Assembly: GCA_027025555.1 (NCBI GenBank)
Contig: JALVQN010000174.1
Span: forward strand, 4,704 to 68,703
Direction: 5' to 3'
DNA: 64,000 nt
DNA from: Desulfobacterales bacterium
GTDB lineage: Bacteria; Desulfobacterota; Desulfobacteria; Desulfobacterales; UBA2156
In this document: one piece after another, positions 51,892 through 61,427 of the stretch
Layout: each line of letters opens with the position of its first letter
Numbering within the stretch: position 1 is the stretch's first letter
Program-made: the position numbers and the translations under genes
The notes under the pieces: generated by a model
Databases searched by the model: none
The model's input: the letters and a program-made list of their open reading frames with translations, nothing else
What the model was told of the DNA's origin: nothing

Positions 51892-53698
51892 TCTCCATGA
51901 CCTCCCTAGGGGGATGCGTGTACCTATGGATCATCCTCTGTTTTTCTTTCAAAAGGGCCGCCAGAAGCACCGGATCATCCTCCTTTTGCGCGGCCTGGAT
52001 CCGGGTGTTCAACGCGGCTCTTTCCGTACGCTCCAGATGGATTTCAAATTGTCTGATGAGCTTCAGACACCCTTCGGTGTTCCATGAATCCTCACCAGCC
52101 GCAAGCTGTGCAATGGTTTCGCCTGTGTCGGTGTCTTTCGCCCTGGAAATGAGTTCCGGAATCAATGCCTCCCAAGTCCCTTCAGCTTCCAGGATCCAGT
52201 GTCCGATTGCTTTCAATGTGGGATCTGTGAATCGCCCCACAATGCCGCGCTTTCGGATTTCTTCTATCATCACGGGATATTGCAGCATCATGGAAAGGAT
52301 CTTCCTTTCAAGGCGCAAAGCAGGCGCCGACTGGCCGGCATCCTGGAAATGCGTCTCTTTTCCGGTGGTCCTTTGGCGATGCCTCCCGGGGCCGCCTCTT
52401 TCACGAGCCCGCCGGATCCGCTCCAAGAGGGCCTGTTCAGGAATGCCCACCTGTTCCGCCACGTCTTTCACGAATATGGACCGGTTTACAGGGTCGTCAA
52501 TGGAAGCCAGCACATTTTCAAGATCCGAAACGATGCGGCTTTTCCCCGACGGCGTCAGGCCGTGCCGGCGCTTGGCGGATTCGATGAGGAACGTCATTAC
52601 CGGCAAGGCGTGGGTTATTAACCCGGAAAAGGCCTCGGCCCCTTTTTCCCGCACGAACGTATCGGGATCCTTTCCCTCGGGAAGCGTGACGACGCGCGCC
52701 GCGACATTTTCGCGGATCAGCGTCGGGACAATCCGTTCCATGGCCCGGAGGCCCGCTGCATCCGGATCAAAAACAAGATAAAAGGTCCGGGCAAAGCCTC
52801 TCAGGAGGCGGATATGATCGTCTGTCACGCCGGTGCCCAGAGGCGCCACGGCATTTTGCAACCCCTTCTGATGAAGGGAAATGACGTCAAAGTACCCTTC
52901 CACGATCATCACGGAATCCCGCTGCCGGCAGGCCTTCCTTGCACGATCCAGCCCGAAGAGGATCCGTCCTTTCTGGAACGCAGGCGTTTCCGGAGAATTG
53001 ATGTATTTCGGAAGGCTCTCGTCCAAGACCCGTCCGCCGAACCCCACCACCTGACCGGAGAGATCCCGGATGGGAAAGACAATGCGGTCTCTGAAGCGGT
53101 CGTAACCGCCGCCGCCCTTCCGGCGGGGAATCACCAGGCCGGATCGGAAGGCGGCACGCCGCGGGATTTGCTTCCGTTCCAGCCAGAGGGCAAGGGCGTC
53201 CCATCCCTTGGGTGCATATCCGAGGGAAAAGGCTTCAATGACGGTATCCGTGATCCCCCGTCCATGAAGATAGCTTTTTGCGGCTTCGCCTTTGGGATCT
53301 TTCAAAAGGATCCGGTGATAATACTCCATGGCGAGGCGGTTGATTTCCAGGATGCGCTCCCGCGGGGTGCGTTGCCCCTGTCTTTTGGAAGCGCTTGTTT
53401 TTTCAGGAAGGGATACGCCGTACCGCTGCGCCAAGGTTCGGGTGGCTTCAAAAAAGGAGATGCCCTGGTGTTTCATCAGGAAATTGAACACGTTGCCGCC
53501 CGCACCGCAGCCGAAACAATAAAAAATCTGCTTTTCGGGACTCACCGTGAAGGAGGGGGTTTTCTCCGAGTGGAACGGGCACAGGCCCACATAGTTTCTT
53601 CCGGCTCTTTTCAAAAGGACCGATTCGGAAATAACCTCAACGATGTCGGATGCGTTTCTGATTTCCGAGAGCTTCTCGTCTGGAATCCAACCCGCCAA
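51842..53698 (-). CDS. dnaG: DNA primase
   Basis: 618 aa. Zinc finger [30 protein letters not shown] and [15 protein letters not shown]. Its 3' end overlaps the rpoD start by 50 nt. Confidence 0.95.
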   Translation of the reverse strand: MAGWIPDEKLSEIRNASDIVEVISESVLLKRAGRNYVGLCPFHSEKTPSFTVSPEKQIFYCFGCGAGGNVFNFLMKHQGISFFEATRTLAQRYGVSLPEKTSASKRQGQRTPRERILEINRLAMEYYHRILLKDPKGEAAKSYLHGRGITDTVIEAFSLGYAPKGWDALALWLERKQIPRRAAFRSGLVIPRRKGGGGYDRFRDRIVFPIRDLSGQVVGFGGRVLDESLPKYINSPETPAFQKGRILFGLDRARKACRQRDSVMIVEGYFDVISLHQKGLQNAVAPLGTGVTDDHIRLLRGFARTFYLVFDPDAAGLRAMERIVPTLIRENVAARVVTLPEGKDPDTFVREKGAEAFSGLITHALPVMTFLIESAKRRHGLTPSGKSRIVSDLENVLASIDDPVNRSIFVKDVAEQVGIPEQALLERIRRARERGGPGRHRQRTTGKETHFQDAGQSAPALRLERKILSMMLQYPVMIEEIRKRGIVGRFTDPTLKAIGHWILEAEGTWEALIPELISRAKDTDTGETIAQLAAGEDSWNTEGCLKLIRQFEIHLERTERAALNTRIQAAQKEDDPVLLAALLKEKQRMIHRYTHPPREVMENAEKTEYSQKESERDS

Positions 53699-53837
53699 GA
53701 AGGGACCCCTCCACGATCTTGTAAGGGCATTGATTATTGAAGGAAGGAACTGTCAGGATTGCACACGCCCGTTCGCCTGTTTCCCATCATCGCCGCGATC
53801 GAACGGTAAAAAGCAATATTAAATTGATAACCTTTTT

Positions 53838-53866
53838 AAAATATATGGCAGTTCGATTTTTGTCAA
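53838..53866 (-). promoter_or_regulatory. candidate sigma70 promoter for dnaG-rpoD
   Basis: Minus strand TTGACA-17 nt-TATTTT (or a 15-nt spacer to TATATT) in the only AT-rich stretch upstream of dnaG. Confidence 0.3.
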
Positions 53867-53914
53867 GGTTTTTTTCAAAAAACCGCCCTCCCCGAGGAAA
53901 GGGGCATCCCGCAC

Positions 53915-54655
53915 CTATTGCGTCCTTTGGCCCCTTCCGGCGATTCGGATCGCCTCGGACAGATCCAGACTCTTGCTGTAAAGGGCCTTTCCGGTGATGA
54001 CCCCCTGCACCCCCACCTCTTCAAGGGAAAGCAGGTTTCGGATGTCATCCAGGCAGGAGACCCCGCCGGATGCGATGACCGGCGTCGAGACGGCAGCGGC
54101 GAGACGTCGGGTTTCTGCAATATTCGGCCCTGTCTGCATGCCGTCCCGGTGGATGTCGGTGAAAATAATGGCCCCGATCCCCATGGAGTCGAAACGTTTG
54201 GCCAAGTCCACGGCCTGCATGCGGGTGGTTTGGGTCCATCCTTCCACGGCGACCCGCCCCGCTTTCGCATCGATTCCCACGGCGATTCGTCCGGGATATC
54301 GTGCGGCAACCTCTTCCACGAACGCGGGATCGGACAGGGCCCGGGTCCCCAAAATGACCCGTTCCACCCCCATGTCCAGGTACAGCCGGACGCCTTGAGC
54401 GTCTCGGATCCCCCCGCCCACCTGGACCGGAACGGGCACGTGTTGCACCATGCGCTGGATGAGGACATGGTGCACCGGACGCTTTTCGAATGCGCCGTCC
54501 AGGTCCACCACATGAAGAAACCGGGCCCCTTTTTCGACCCATTCTCGGGCCATTCGGACCGGATCGTCCGAAAAAACGGTTTCATCTTCCCGGCGCCCCT
54601 GTTTGAGGCGGACACAACGGCCTCCCTTGATATCGATTGCAGGAATGACAATCAT
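53915..54655 (-). CDS. hisA: 1-(5-phosphoribosyl)-5-[(5-phosphoribosylamino)methylideneamino]imidazole-4-carboxamide isomerase
   Basis: Trimmed to ATG 54655 (MIVIPAIDIKGGRCVRLKQG...); GGGIR, ASGGVS motifs. An alternative ATG lies at 54661. Confidence 0.95.
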   Translation of the reverse strand: MIVIPAIDIKGGRCVRLKQGRREDETVFSDDPVRMAREWVEKGARFLHVVDLDGAFEKRPVHHVLIQRMVQHVPVPVQVGGGIRDAQGVRLYLDMGVERVILGTRALSDPAFVEEVAARYPGRIAVGIDAKAGRVAVEGWTQTTRMQAVDLAKRFDSMGIGAIIFTDIHRDGMQTGPNIAETRRLAAAVSTPVIASGGVSCLDDIRNLLSLEEVGVQGVITGKALYSKSLDLSEAIRIAGRGQRTQ

Positions 54656-54695
54656 CGACATGAACTCCCAGGGTGTGGAATCGGGTGAAAAACCG

Positions 54696-55283
54696 CTACA
54701 AGAGCCCTTTGGTGGAACGGACACGGGGGTCACGGGCATCCCTGGCACACGCCCGGCCAAGGGCCCGTCCCGCACCCTTGAAGATGGATTCGATCACGTG
54801 ATGCGCATTTTCCCCATAAGGGACATGGACATGGAGGTTCATTCCCGCCCGTGTGGCCAGGGCGCGAAAAAACTCCTTGGTCAGGGGCAGGTCGAATCCG
54901 CCCTGCCGGGTCAGGGGCATGTCCACCCGGAAGACCATATACGGACGGTTGGAAAGATCCACAGTGACGGCGCTCAGGGCATCGTCCATGGGCGTGACGG
55001 CATGTCCGAACCGGCGAATGCCCTTCCGGTCCCCCAAGGCCTCCCGAAAGGCATCCCCCAGAACCAATCCCACATCTTCCACGGTGTGGTGGAAGTCCAC
55101 TTCAATGTCTCCCGATGCCTTGATCTGAAGATCGAAAAACCCGTGAACCGTAAACAGGGAAAGCATGTGGTTGAAAAACGGGATGGGGGTGTCGCTTTCA
55201 CCTCCACCGCTTCCCTCCAGGTCGAGTCGCACCCGGATGTGGGTTTCACCGGTTTTCCGGCTGATATCCGCGGACCGTTTCAT
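54696..55283 (-). CDS. hisB: imidazoleglycerol-phosphate dehydratase
   Basis: Trimmed to ATG 55283 (MKRSADISRKTGETHIRVRLDLEGSG...); HHTVEDVG, HH..ES canonical HisB. Confidence 0.95.
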   Translation of the reverse strand: MKRSADISRKTGETHIRVRLDLEGSGGGESDTPIPFFNHMLSLFTVHGFFDLQIKASGDIEVDFHHTVEDVGLVLGDAFREALGDRKGIRRFGHAVTPMDDALSAVTVDLSNRPYMVFRVDMPLTRQGGFDLPLTKEFFRALATRAGMNLHVHVPYGENAHHVIESIFKGAGRALGRACARDARDPRVRSTKGLL

Positions 55284-55355
55284 GCGCTTGCTTGCCCGGG
55301 CGGCGGAAGCCCTTGCGCCGTTCCGCCGCCTATCCAAAAGAAGGTCAAAAAAAAG

Positions 55356-55428
55356 TGGAGATGAGGGGAATCGAACCCCTGACCTCGGCGTTGCGAACGC
55401 CGCGCTCTCCCGGCTGAGCTACATCCCC
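55356..55428 (-). tRNA. tRNA-Ala (anticodon CGC)
   Basis: Reverse complement: GGGGATGTAGCTCAGCCGGGAGAGCGCGGCGTTCGCAACGCCGAGGTCAGGGGTTCGATTCCCCTCATCTCCA. G3:U70 identity pair, loop TTCGCAA. Confidence 0.92.
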
Positions 55429-55567
55429 ATTGAATTTTGGTATATATCGTCTCGATAAAAGGGCGTCAACGAAAAAAACCTTGTATCGCCTATCATAACG
55501 CTATAGTATCCTTTTTTCAATAACCAACAACCCAGGACTTAAACCGACACAGTTCAGGAAGTTTTTC

Positions 55568-57316
55568 ATGCATTCAAAACGCCTTTGCCTCAACGACGCC
55601 ATCAAGGGGTACACATTAGACCAGGACAAACTGCTGCCTCCCGAAGAAACGGTCCGCCGTGTCAAAGAAAAGATGAAGCGCATCGGGTTGAGGCTGCTCG
55701 AAGAGACCCTCCGGATCGACAACGGGCGTCTCGGGATTCCGGTCTTTTTCAGCGTCTGCGGCCATGATGCCCTGGCTGTGACCGGAACGCGGAAACAGAT
55801 GGGCAAAGGCGCCACGCCCGAACAGGCCGAGGCCAGTGCGGTCATGGAACTGGTGGAACGCTTCAGTTTTTTTAGCTTCCTCAAGAACAAGGCCAATTTC
55901 ACGGTGGCCCCGCGTTCGGCCATTGGGACGGACGCCATCCCCTTTTCGCTCATCGCCCAAAGCGTGCACGACCAGGGCGATACCCTCCGGGTGGAACGGC
56001 AACTCTTTGAATCCATTCCTTTGAAATGGACGCGCGCTTACAACCTCACCCGGGAAGAAACCTGCAGGGTTCCCATGGACTGGTTTTACGCCATCAACGC
56101 GTTCAACGGTCCCTCGGCCGGGAACTGCCCTGAAGAAGCCCTCTGCCAGGGCATCTGCGAAGTGGTGGAACGGCACGTCTCGGCTGTGATCAGCCGAAAC
56201 ACCCTTTCGCCGCCCCTTCTGTCCACAAAGGGCGTCACGGATTCAAAGGTCTTGGAGATGCTCAACAAGTACGACCGCGTCGGGGTGAAGCTCTTCATTT
56301 CCGATTTTACCCTGGACATGGGGATCCCCAGCGTGGGGATCGTGGCCATGGATCCGCAGACGTTTCCTGAAAAAAGCGAAATCGTGTGGACCGCCGGAAC
56401 CACGCCGGACCCCGAGAAGGCCCTCAGCCGGGCCCTCACCGAAGTGGCCCAGCTGGCCGGCGATTTCAACACCTCCTCCAACTATGTGGCCTCCGGACTC
56501 CCCAAGCCCCAGAGTCTCGAGGAGGTCGCCCATATCATTGACGCCCCGGACACGGTGGAGATTTCCCGGTTGCCCAACATCGCGGACGCCAACTTGAAAG
56601 TGGAGGTGCTCCGGTGTGTTGACGCCCTGCTCCTAAAGCAAATGGAAGTCCTGGTCGTCGAGACCACCCACCCCTTGCTGAAGATTCCGGCCTTTTACAC
56701 CATCATTCCGGGCGCTCATTTTCGGGAACGGGCGGCCGGCGGCAGCGTAGGGATGTTTTGTGCCAAGCTTGTGACAGAGAATCTCCCCCCGGAAGAGGCC
56801 CTCGCTTGGCTGGAGCAAGCGGCCCGAAAACTGCCCTCAAAATATTATATCCAATTCTACATGGGCGCCTGCCACCTCTCTTTGAAGGATCCGGAAAAGG
56901 CCCTGATCCATTATCGCCGTGCCCTTGAACTGGGCCCCACCCAAGAGGATCTCGCCAGCATTTATGCTTTCATGGGGGTCAGTCTCAAGGATCTGGGTCG
57001 ATTCAGGGAAGCCGTTGATGTGCTTCACGAAGGGCTTCGCATGGATGCCCAACGCACGGACCTCCACAATCTCCTGGGGTTTTGCCACTTCAAACTCAAG
57101 GAGCACGAAAGGGCCATCCTCCATTTCAAGGAAGTCCTCAAGCGCGACCCCTCTTCAGCCATCGATTATGCCAACATCGCCTCCAACTATCGGGAGATGC
57201 ATGAGACGGAAAAGGCCATTCGCTACTATGAAATGGCCCTGGAAATGGATCCGTCCATCGAATTTGCCCGGCAAAACCTGGAAAAGCTCAAGGGAAAGCC
57301 CGTTTCCCCTGGCTGA
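55568..57316 (+). CDS. YcaO-domain protein with C-terminal TPR repeats
   Basis: 582 aa. GIPVFFSVCG...RKQMGKGATPEQAEASAVMELVERFS and ...GNCPEEALCQGICEVVERH are hallmark YcaO ATP/Mg-binding blocks. The last ~150 aa are TPR-like (ALIHYRRALELGP..., AILHFKEVLKRDP..., AIRYYEMALEMDP...). Confidence 0.85.
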   Translation: MHSKRLCLNDAIKGYTLDQDKLLPPEETVRRVKEKMKRIGLRLLEETLRIDNGRLGIPVFFSVCGHDALAVTGTRKQMGKGATPEQAEASAVMELVERFSFFSFLKNKANFTVAPRSAIGTDAIPFSLIAQSVHDQGDTLRVERQLFESIPLKWTRAYNLTREETCRVPMDWFYAINAFNGPSAGNCPEEALCQGICEVVERHVSAVISRNTLSPPLLSTKGVTDSKVLEMLNKYDRVGVKLFISDFTLDMGIPSVGIVAMDPQTFPEKSEIVWTAGTTPDPEKALSRALTEVAQLAGDFNTSSNYVASGLPKPQSLEEVAHIIDAPDTVEISRLPNIADANLKVEVLRCVDALLLKQMEVLVVETTHPLLKIPAFYTIIPGAHFRERAAGGSVGMFCAKLVTENLPPEEALAWLEQAARKLPSKYYIQFYMGACHLSLKDPEKALIHYRRALELGPTQEDLASIYAFMGVSLKDLGRFREAVDVLHEGLRMDAQRTDLHNLLGFCHFKLKEHERAILHFKEVLKRDPSSAIDYANIASNYREMHETEKAIRYYEMALEMDPSIEFARQNLEKLKGKPVSPG

Positions 57317-57346
57317 AGCGCCCAGGCCGGAGCGGCTCCGGTCCGC

Positions 57347-58138
57347 TTACGGCCCTTTTTCCAAAAGTTCTTCGGCCAGTTGCATGAAGTCCACGGCGCC
57401 GTAGCTCCTTTTGCGATAAAAAAGGACGGGCTTTCCGACAAGGGCGCTGTCGGCGATGGTGGTGTTGATGCGGATGGGTGTCTTCAAGAGCAAAGGGCCG
57501 TAAAGGGGATGACTTTTCAGCTTTTCCAGGATTTGATGGCTGACACGGGTCCGGGCATCAAAAAAAGTGGCCACGATGCCGGTGACGGTCAATTCCGGAT
57601 TGATCTCCTTTTGGATGGCGGACACGGTATCGAAGAGCTCTTCCAGGGCGGCGTAGGCGTACGGATGGGTCTGACACGGAACCAGGACTTCCGCGGCACA
57701 GGCAAAGACATTGACCGTCAAAAGGGAAAGGCTGGGGGGGGTGTCGATGAGGATCACGTCGTAAGATTCCCATAAGCCTTCCAGGGCGTCTTTCAGGCGA
57801 TACTCCCGCCCTTGCTCATCCACCAGTTCCACTTCGGCACCGGCCAGATCCACCGTGGCGGGGAGCACGTCCAGACGGTCCCACCGGGTCTTCAGGACGC
57901 AGTCTCGGGCCGGTCCGCCCGCCGGGTCTTTCATGAGGTCATAGAGGGTGGGCGCGCCCTCGGGGACCTCGATCCCCAGACCGCGCGTGGCGTTGGCCTG
58001 GGGGTCGGCGTCCACGATGAGCACCGCCTTTCCTTTCAGGGAAAAGGCGGCCCCCAGATTCACGGCCATCACCGTTTTCCCCACGCCCCCTTTTTCATTT
58101 GCAACGGCCATCGTCCGGCAATCATGCGTGCTTTCCAT
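57347..58138 (-). CDS. ParA/MinD-family P-loop ATPase (orphan ParA)
   Basis: Start set to ATG 58138 (AAGGAGGG SD): MESTHDCRTMAVANEKGGVGKTVMAVNLGAAF...VDADPQANAT, with the deviant Walker A KGGVGKT. An alternative GTG at 58153 would overlap the upstream stop by 4 nt. Confidence 0.85.
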   Translation of the reverse strand: MESTHDCRTMAVANEKGGVGKTVMAVNLGAAFSLKGKAVLIVDADPQANATRGLGIEVPEGAPTLYDLMKDPAGGPARDCVLKTRWDRLDVLPATVDLAGAEVELVDEQGREYRLKDALEGLWESYDVILIDTPPSLSLLTVNVFACAAEVLVPCQTHPYAYAALEELFDTVSAIQKEINPELTVTGIVATFFDARTRVSHQILEKLKSHPLYGPLLLKTPIRINTTIADSALVGKPVLFYRKRSYGAVDFMQLAEELLEKGP

Positions 58139-58149
58139 GCGCCCTCCTT

Positions 58150-60408
58150 TCACTGGGAGATGGATTCGATGTTCTCCCGAATTTGAAGAATCCGGTCCCG
58201 GATCTCAATGGATCGCGCCTTGGAAGCCCGGAGGGTCTCCAAAGTGCGCGAACGGTCTTCCCGCTCCCCATCCACGGTTTGGCCCAAGAGGGCCAGCGTG
58301 GCGCCGTAGTCCTGAAGGCGTTGGCCCAGGGCGTCCAAAAGGTATCGTGAAACGGCCTCCGAGAGTTTGAAGAGGTACTGGAATTTGATATTCTCTCGAT
58401 AGTCCTTGAAATGGGCGGAAACGGTCCTTTCCGTTTCCCGCTTCATTCGAATCACCCCTTTTCGAAGGGACCGCACACCATTGGCCGCGCCATCGGGCGC
58501 CTTTTGTCTTAAGAGTTTGGCTATCCATCCCGCAAAGGAAAAGAGACCGAAATACAGGATCGCATCCGATCGAATCTTGGTGGAGTAACGGAGGGCGATC
58601 TCATTTTGAGGAAGACGGATCCCCGCCCCCTTTCGAATCCAGTCCATATCCACCTTGATGGAGCCGTAACGGGGTTCCACGGAAGCGGGAATCCCCAATG
58701 CGGCCATGCCCCGGTTATATTCTTCAAGTATATCATTCACAAGCTCTTCATAAGGATTTGATATTCCTTCAAAATGATTTATTATCTTCTTCTCGGATTC
58801 CTTGATGAGCCGGATCACCAGGGGGTTGATGGTTTCGGCGATGAAGCCGTCGAGACCCTCTTTGAAATCGCTGAAGATCCGGTACAAGGACTCGGAAAAC
58901 CCGTCTCTTTCCAGGACATCCCGATAGGCCTCGTATGCCGGCTCCCAATCCCGGATGAATTTAAGGATCCGGCGGATAACGCCGGTGGCGCCCGTATCGA
59001 AAAAGCCGTCGATATCCGCTTTCAACTCGGCCTTCATCTTGGATACGGCCCCCTCCAGGGTGGTCTGAATCACGCCCTTGATCTGCTCTGCCCGCTTTTG
59101 GTGTTGGGAGAGTTTTTCAATGATTTCATGCACATTGGAAGTATCTTGGGTGACAGCCGTTTCCATGATGCCGATCCATCTAAGGATCCCGGAAGAGACG
59201 ATCCACAACCGCTCCACGTGGTTTTTTAAAAGGAGCCGGGAGCGCCCCTCATGAATCAGCTGAAAAAGCGCGGATTCAAATTGTCGGGCCTGGGTGTCGG
59301 AAAAAGAAACGAGCGTATCCTCTTTTTGCCATTGAAGCATCCGGGCCCGATCCTTTTCCGAGAGGGCCCCTTTTTGAGATGAAAAGAGATCGAACAGGGC
59401 GGAAAACGCGAAGATCTCCGGGTCCGGCCGGATGGCCCGGATATCGTTTCGGATCTTTTCCGTCACCCCGGTCAGGTTCTCCAGGGAGTCGTGCTCGTTG
59501 AGGTCGCAGTTGGCCACAAAGAGCGTGTTGTCGAGGATGCCCATTTGTTTCATCATTAAAAGGAATTTAATATCCGCCTGACGGATCCCGGTCCGGCTGC
59601 TGACCACGTAAAGGGTCAAGTGCGTGGAGGCGAGGTAGTCCTGGATCATGGCCAGGTGAAGGGGATTGGGGGCGTCGCTGCCCTGACAGTCGGCGATCTC
59701 GATGTCGCTGCCAAACCGCTCGGTGGGAATTTCCAGGGAGACGTCCTTCAGGTAAACGGCGAGGGATTCGTCACTGACAAAGGTGCGATGCTTTTCAAAT
59801 TCCGCGTCAAAAAATTCCCTCACACTCCCGGAAGAAGACAACATGGCGTATACCTTGGAATATCCCTCCAGGTAGGAAGAAAGAACGACACTGTGGACAT
59901 TTCGGGTCTCGGCGGAAATGAGGTGTTCCGAATCCAGGCTGGCCAGGGCCTTTTCCAGGCCGTCCCGGATCTCTTTTTGTCGAATATCGAGGTTCTCCCC
60001 GTCGGCGGGACGGAGATCAGGAGGAAAAAGCACCAACGCCTGGCGAATATCGTTGTTGACATCTTCCCAGCTTTTGAAATGGAGACGGGCACGCAAGCGC
60101 TTTCCGGGTCGAATGCGGGTGACGATGGCGGTGACCACACCGGCGCCGCGCTTGAGATAATCCCCCTTCAACAGCGCATTGACCAGGGTGCTTTTACCGG
60201 ATTTGATGGCCCCCACCACCGCGATGCGGACCGTCTCCTGGCTCAATTGTTCCCGAAGCGCAGCACACGTGGTTTCCCATGGGGTGAAAGCGTCCTGGGC
60301 AACACGGGGAATGCCCTTGAGCTGCTTCAGCAGGTGGACAAGGGCCTCGTCGAGGCTTAACAGCGTCTCACGCATCCGGTTTTGGGTCGGGTCGTCACGC
60401 GTCGGCAT
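58150..60408 (-). CDS. dynamin-family large GTPase (bacterial dynamin-like protein)
   Basis: 752 aa. G1 VVGAIKSGKSTLVNALL, G2 region GVVTAIVTRI, G3 DCQG. Long helical stalk with a hydrophobic paddle-like segment ILYFGLFSFAGWIAKLL. Confidence 0.78.
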   Translation of the reverse strand: MPTRDDPTQNRMRETLLSLDEALVHLLKQLKGIPRVAQDAFTPWETTCAALREQLSQETVRIAVVGAIKSGKSTLVNALLKGDYLKRGAGVVTAIVTRIRPGKRLRARLHFKSWEDVNNDIRQALVLFPPDLRPADGENLDIRQKEIRDGLEKALASLDSEHLISAETRNVHSVVLSSYLEGYSKVYAMLSSSGSVREFFDAEFEKHRTFVSDESLAVYLKDVSLEIPTERFGSDIEIADCQGSDAPNPLHLAMIQDYLASTHLTLYVVSSRTGIRQADIKFLLMMKQMGILDNTLFVANCDLNEHDSLENLTGVTEKIRNDIRAIRPDPEIFAFSALFDLFSSQKGALSEKDRARMLQWQKEDTLVSFSDTQARQFESALFQLIHEGRSRLLLKNHVERLWIVSSGILRWIGIMETAVTQDTSNVHEIIEKLSQHQKRAEQIKGVIQTTLEGAVSKMKAELKADIDGFFDTGATGVIRRILKFIRDWEPAYEAYRDVLERDGFSESLYRIFSDFKEGLDGFIAETINPLVIRLIKESEKKIINHFEGISNPYEELVNDILEEYNRGMAALGIPASVEPRYGSIKVDMDWIRKGAGIRLPQNEIALRYSTKIRSDAILYFGLFSFAGWIAKLLRQKAPDGAANGVRSLRKGVIRMKRETERTVSAHFKDYRENIKFQYLFKLSEAVSRYLLDALGQRLQDYGATLALLGQTVDGEREDRSRTLETLRASKARSIEIRDRILQIRENIESISQ

Positions 60409-60551
60409 CGTCTTTTAGGAAGGCGCTTCCCCAAGGGATCGTTGAAGGTTTGAAGCCCGTCGGACCCCCGGTGTGGGGGAGGAAGGGGCCTCTGGAGAGC
60501 CCCTCGCCGCATGCCGCAAAGGCGTCTTTCAGGGAAGACCGACAGGAGGCC

Positions 60552-60580
60552 TTGAAAAAAAAACCGAACCCTGGTATAAG
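60552..60580 (+). promoter_or_regulatory. candidate sigma70 promoter for the 55-aa Cys-rich ORF
   Basis: TTGAAA-17 nt-TATAAG (5/6 match at -10), about 55 nt upstream of ATG 60640. Confidence 0.4.
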
Positions 60581-60639
60581 ATCTTCAATCATCGATTCCT
60601 GAGCCAGAAAGGACCAGCCAATGAAGGGAAACCGAGCCC

Positions 60640-60807
60640 ATGTCTGAAAAGCATCCGGAATGCCCCCTCTATAATCCGTTGAATTGCAAGGAATACTACA
60701 ATCCCAAATTGTGTGCCTTTGTCAGAAAAGACAAGACCTGTCTAAAGAAACGGAAGCCGAAACAAAAAGCCAAATCAGGCGCACAGCAGGCCTCCAAAGG
60801 CTCCTAA
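60640..60807 (+). CDS. 55-aa Cys-rich, Lys-rich small protein (hypothetical)
   Basis: Own translation: MSEKHPECPLYNPLNCKEYYNPKLCAFVRKDKTCLKKRKPKQKAKSGAQQASKGS*. Four Cys and a basic tail, with its own promoter-like element. Below the track length cut-off. SD is weak. Confidence 0.4.
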   Translation: MSEKHPECPLYNPLNCKEYYNPKLCAFVRKDKTCLKKRKPKQKAKSGAQQASKGS

Positions 60808-60821
60808 AGCCCCCTCAACCC

Positions 60822-61403
60822 TTATGCATGCCCGGCCGTCCCGGCCAAAAGGGACGGATCGATGCCGATTCTTTTCATGGCTTCTTCCCAGCGCTTTTCC
60901 ACCGGTGTGTCGAAAAGGATGCGCTCTTCGATGGGCCCGGTCATCCAGGCATTGGCCTTGATTTCGGCTTCCAACTGGCCGGGCCCCCATCCTGCACATC
61001 CCAGGGCGATCAAAAAAGAGGACGGCCCCTCTTCTCTGGCAATGGCCTTGAGGAGGTCCAGGGTGTTGCTCATGGAAAGGGTCGATGCGATCAGAAGGGA
61101 TCTCTCCCATTCCAGGGGCGGGCCGTGAAGGATAAAGACCTCGCCTTCATGAACGGGCCCTCCCCAGTAGACGGGCGTGGCACCCAGTTCTTCCCGATAA
61201 GCGAGGTTGAACTCGTCAAAAAGGGCTTTTGCCGTAACGAGGGGATGCAACCGGTTGATGATCAGCCCAAAGGCCCCCATGGAGGAATGCTCGCAGATGC
61301 AAGTGACCGTCTGAGAGAAGTTGGGGTCTCTCAAGCCCGGCATGGCCATGAGGAAGTGACGCTTTAAAAACGTCTCCTGCTGATCTTTCAGGGAAGCCTC
61401 CAT
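60822..61403 (-). CDS. YqgE/AlgH family protein (UPF0301)
   Basis: Start set to ATG 61403. FLMAMPGLRDPNFSQTVTCICEHSSMGAFGLIINR is the family N-terminal signature. Confidence 0.85.
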   Translation of the reverse strand: MEASLKDQQETFLKRHFLMAMPGLRDPNFSQTVTCICEHSSMGAFGLIINRLHPLVTAKALFDEFNLAYREELGATPVYWGGPVHEGEVFILHGPPLEWERSLLIASTLSMSNTLDLLKAIAREEGPSSFLIALGCAGWGPGQLEAEIKANAWMTGPIEERILFDTPVEKRWEEAMKRIGIDPSLLAGTAGHA

Positions 61404-61427
61404 GCACACAAAAAGGGCCGGCCGGTC

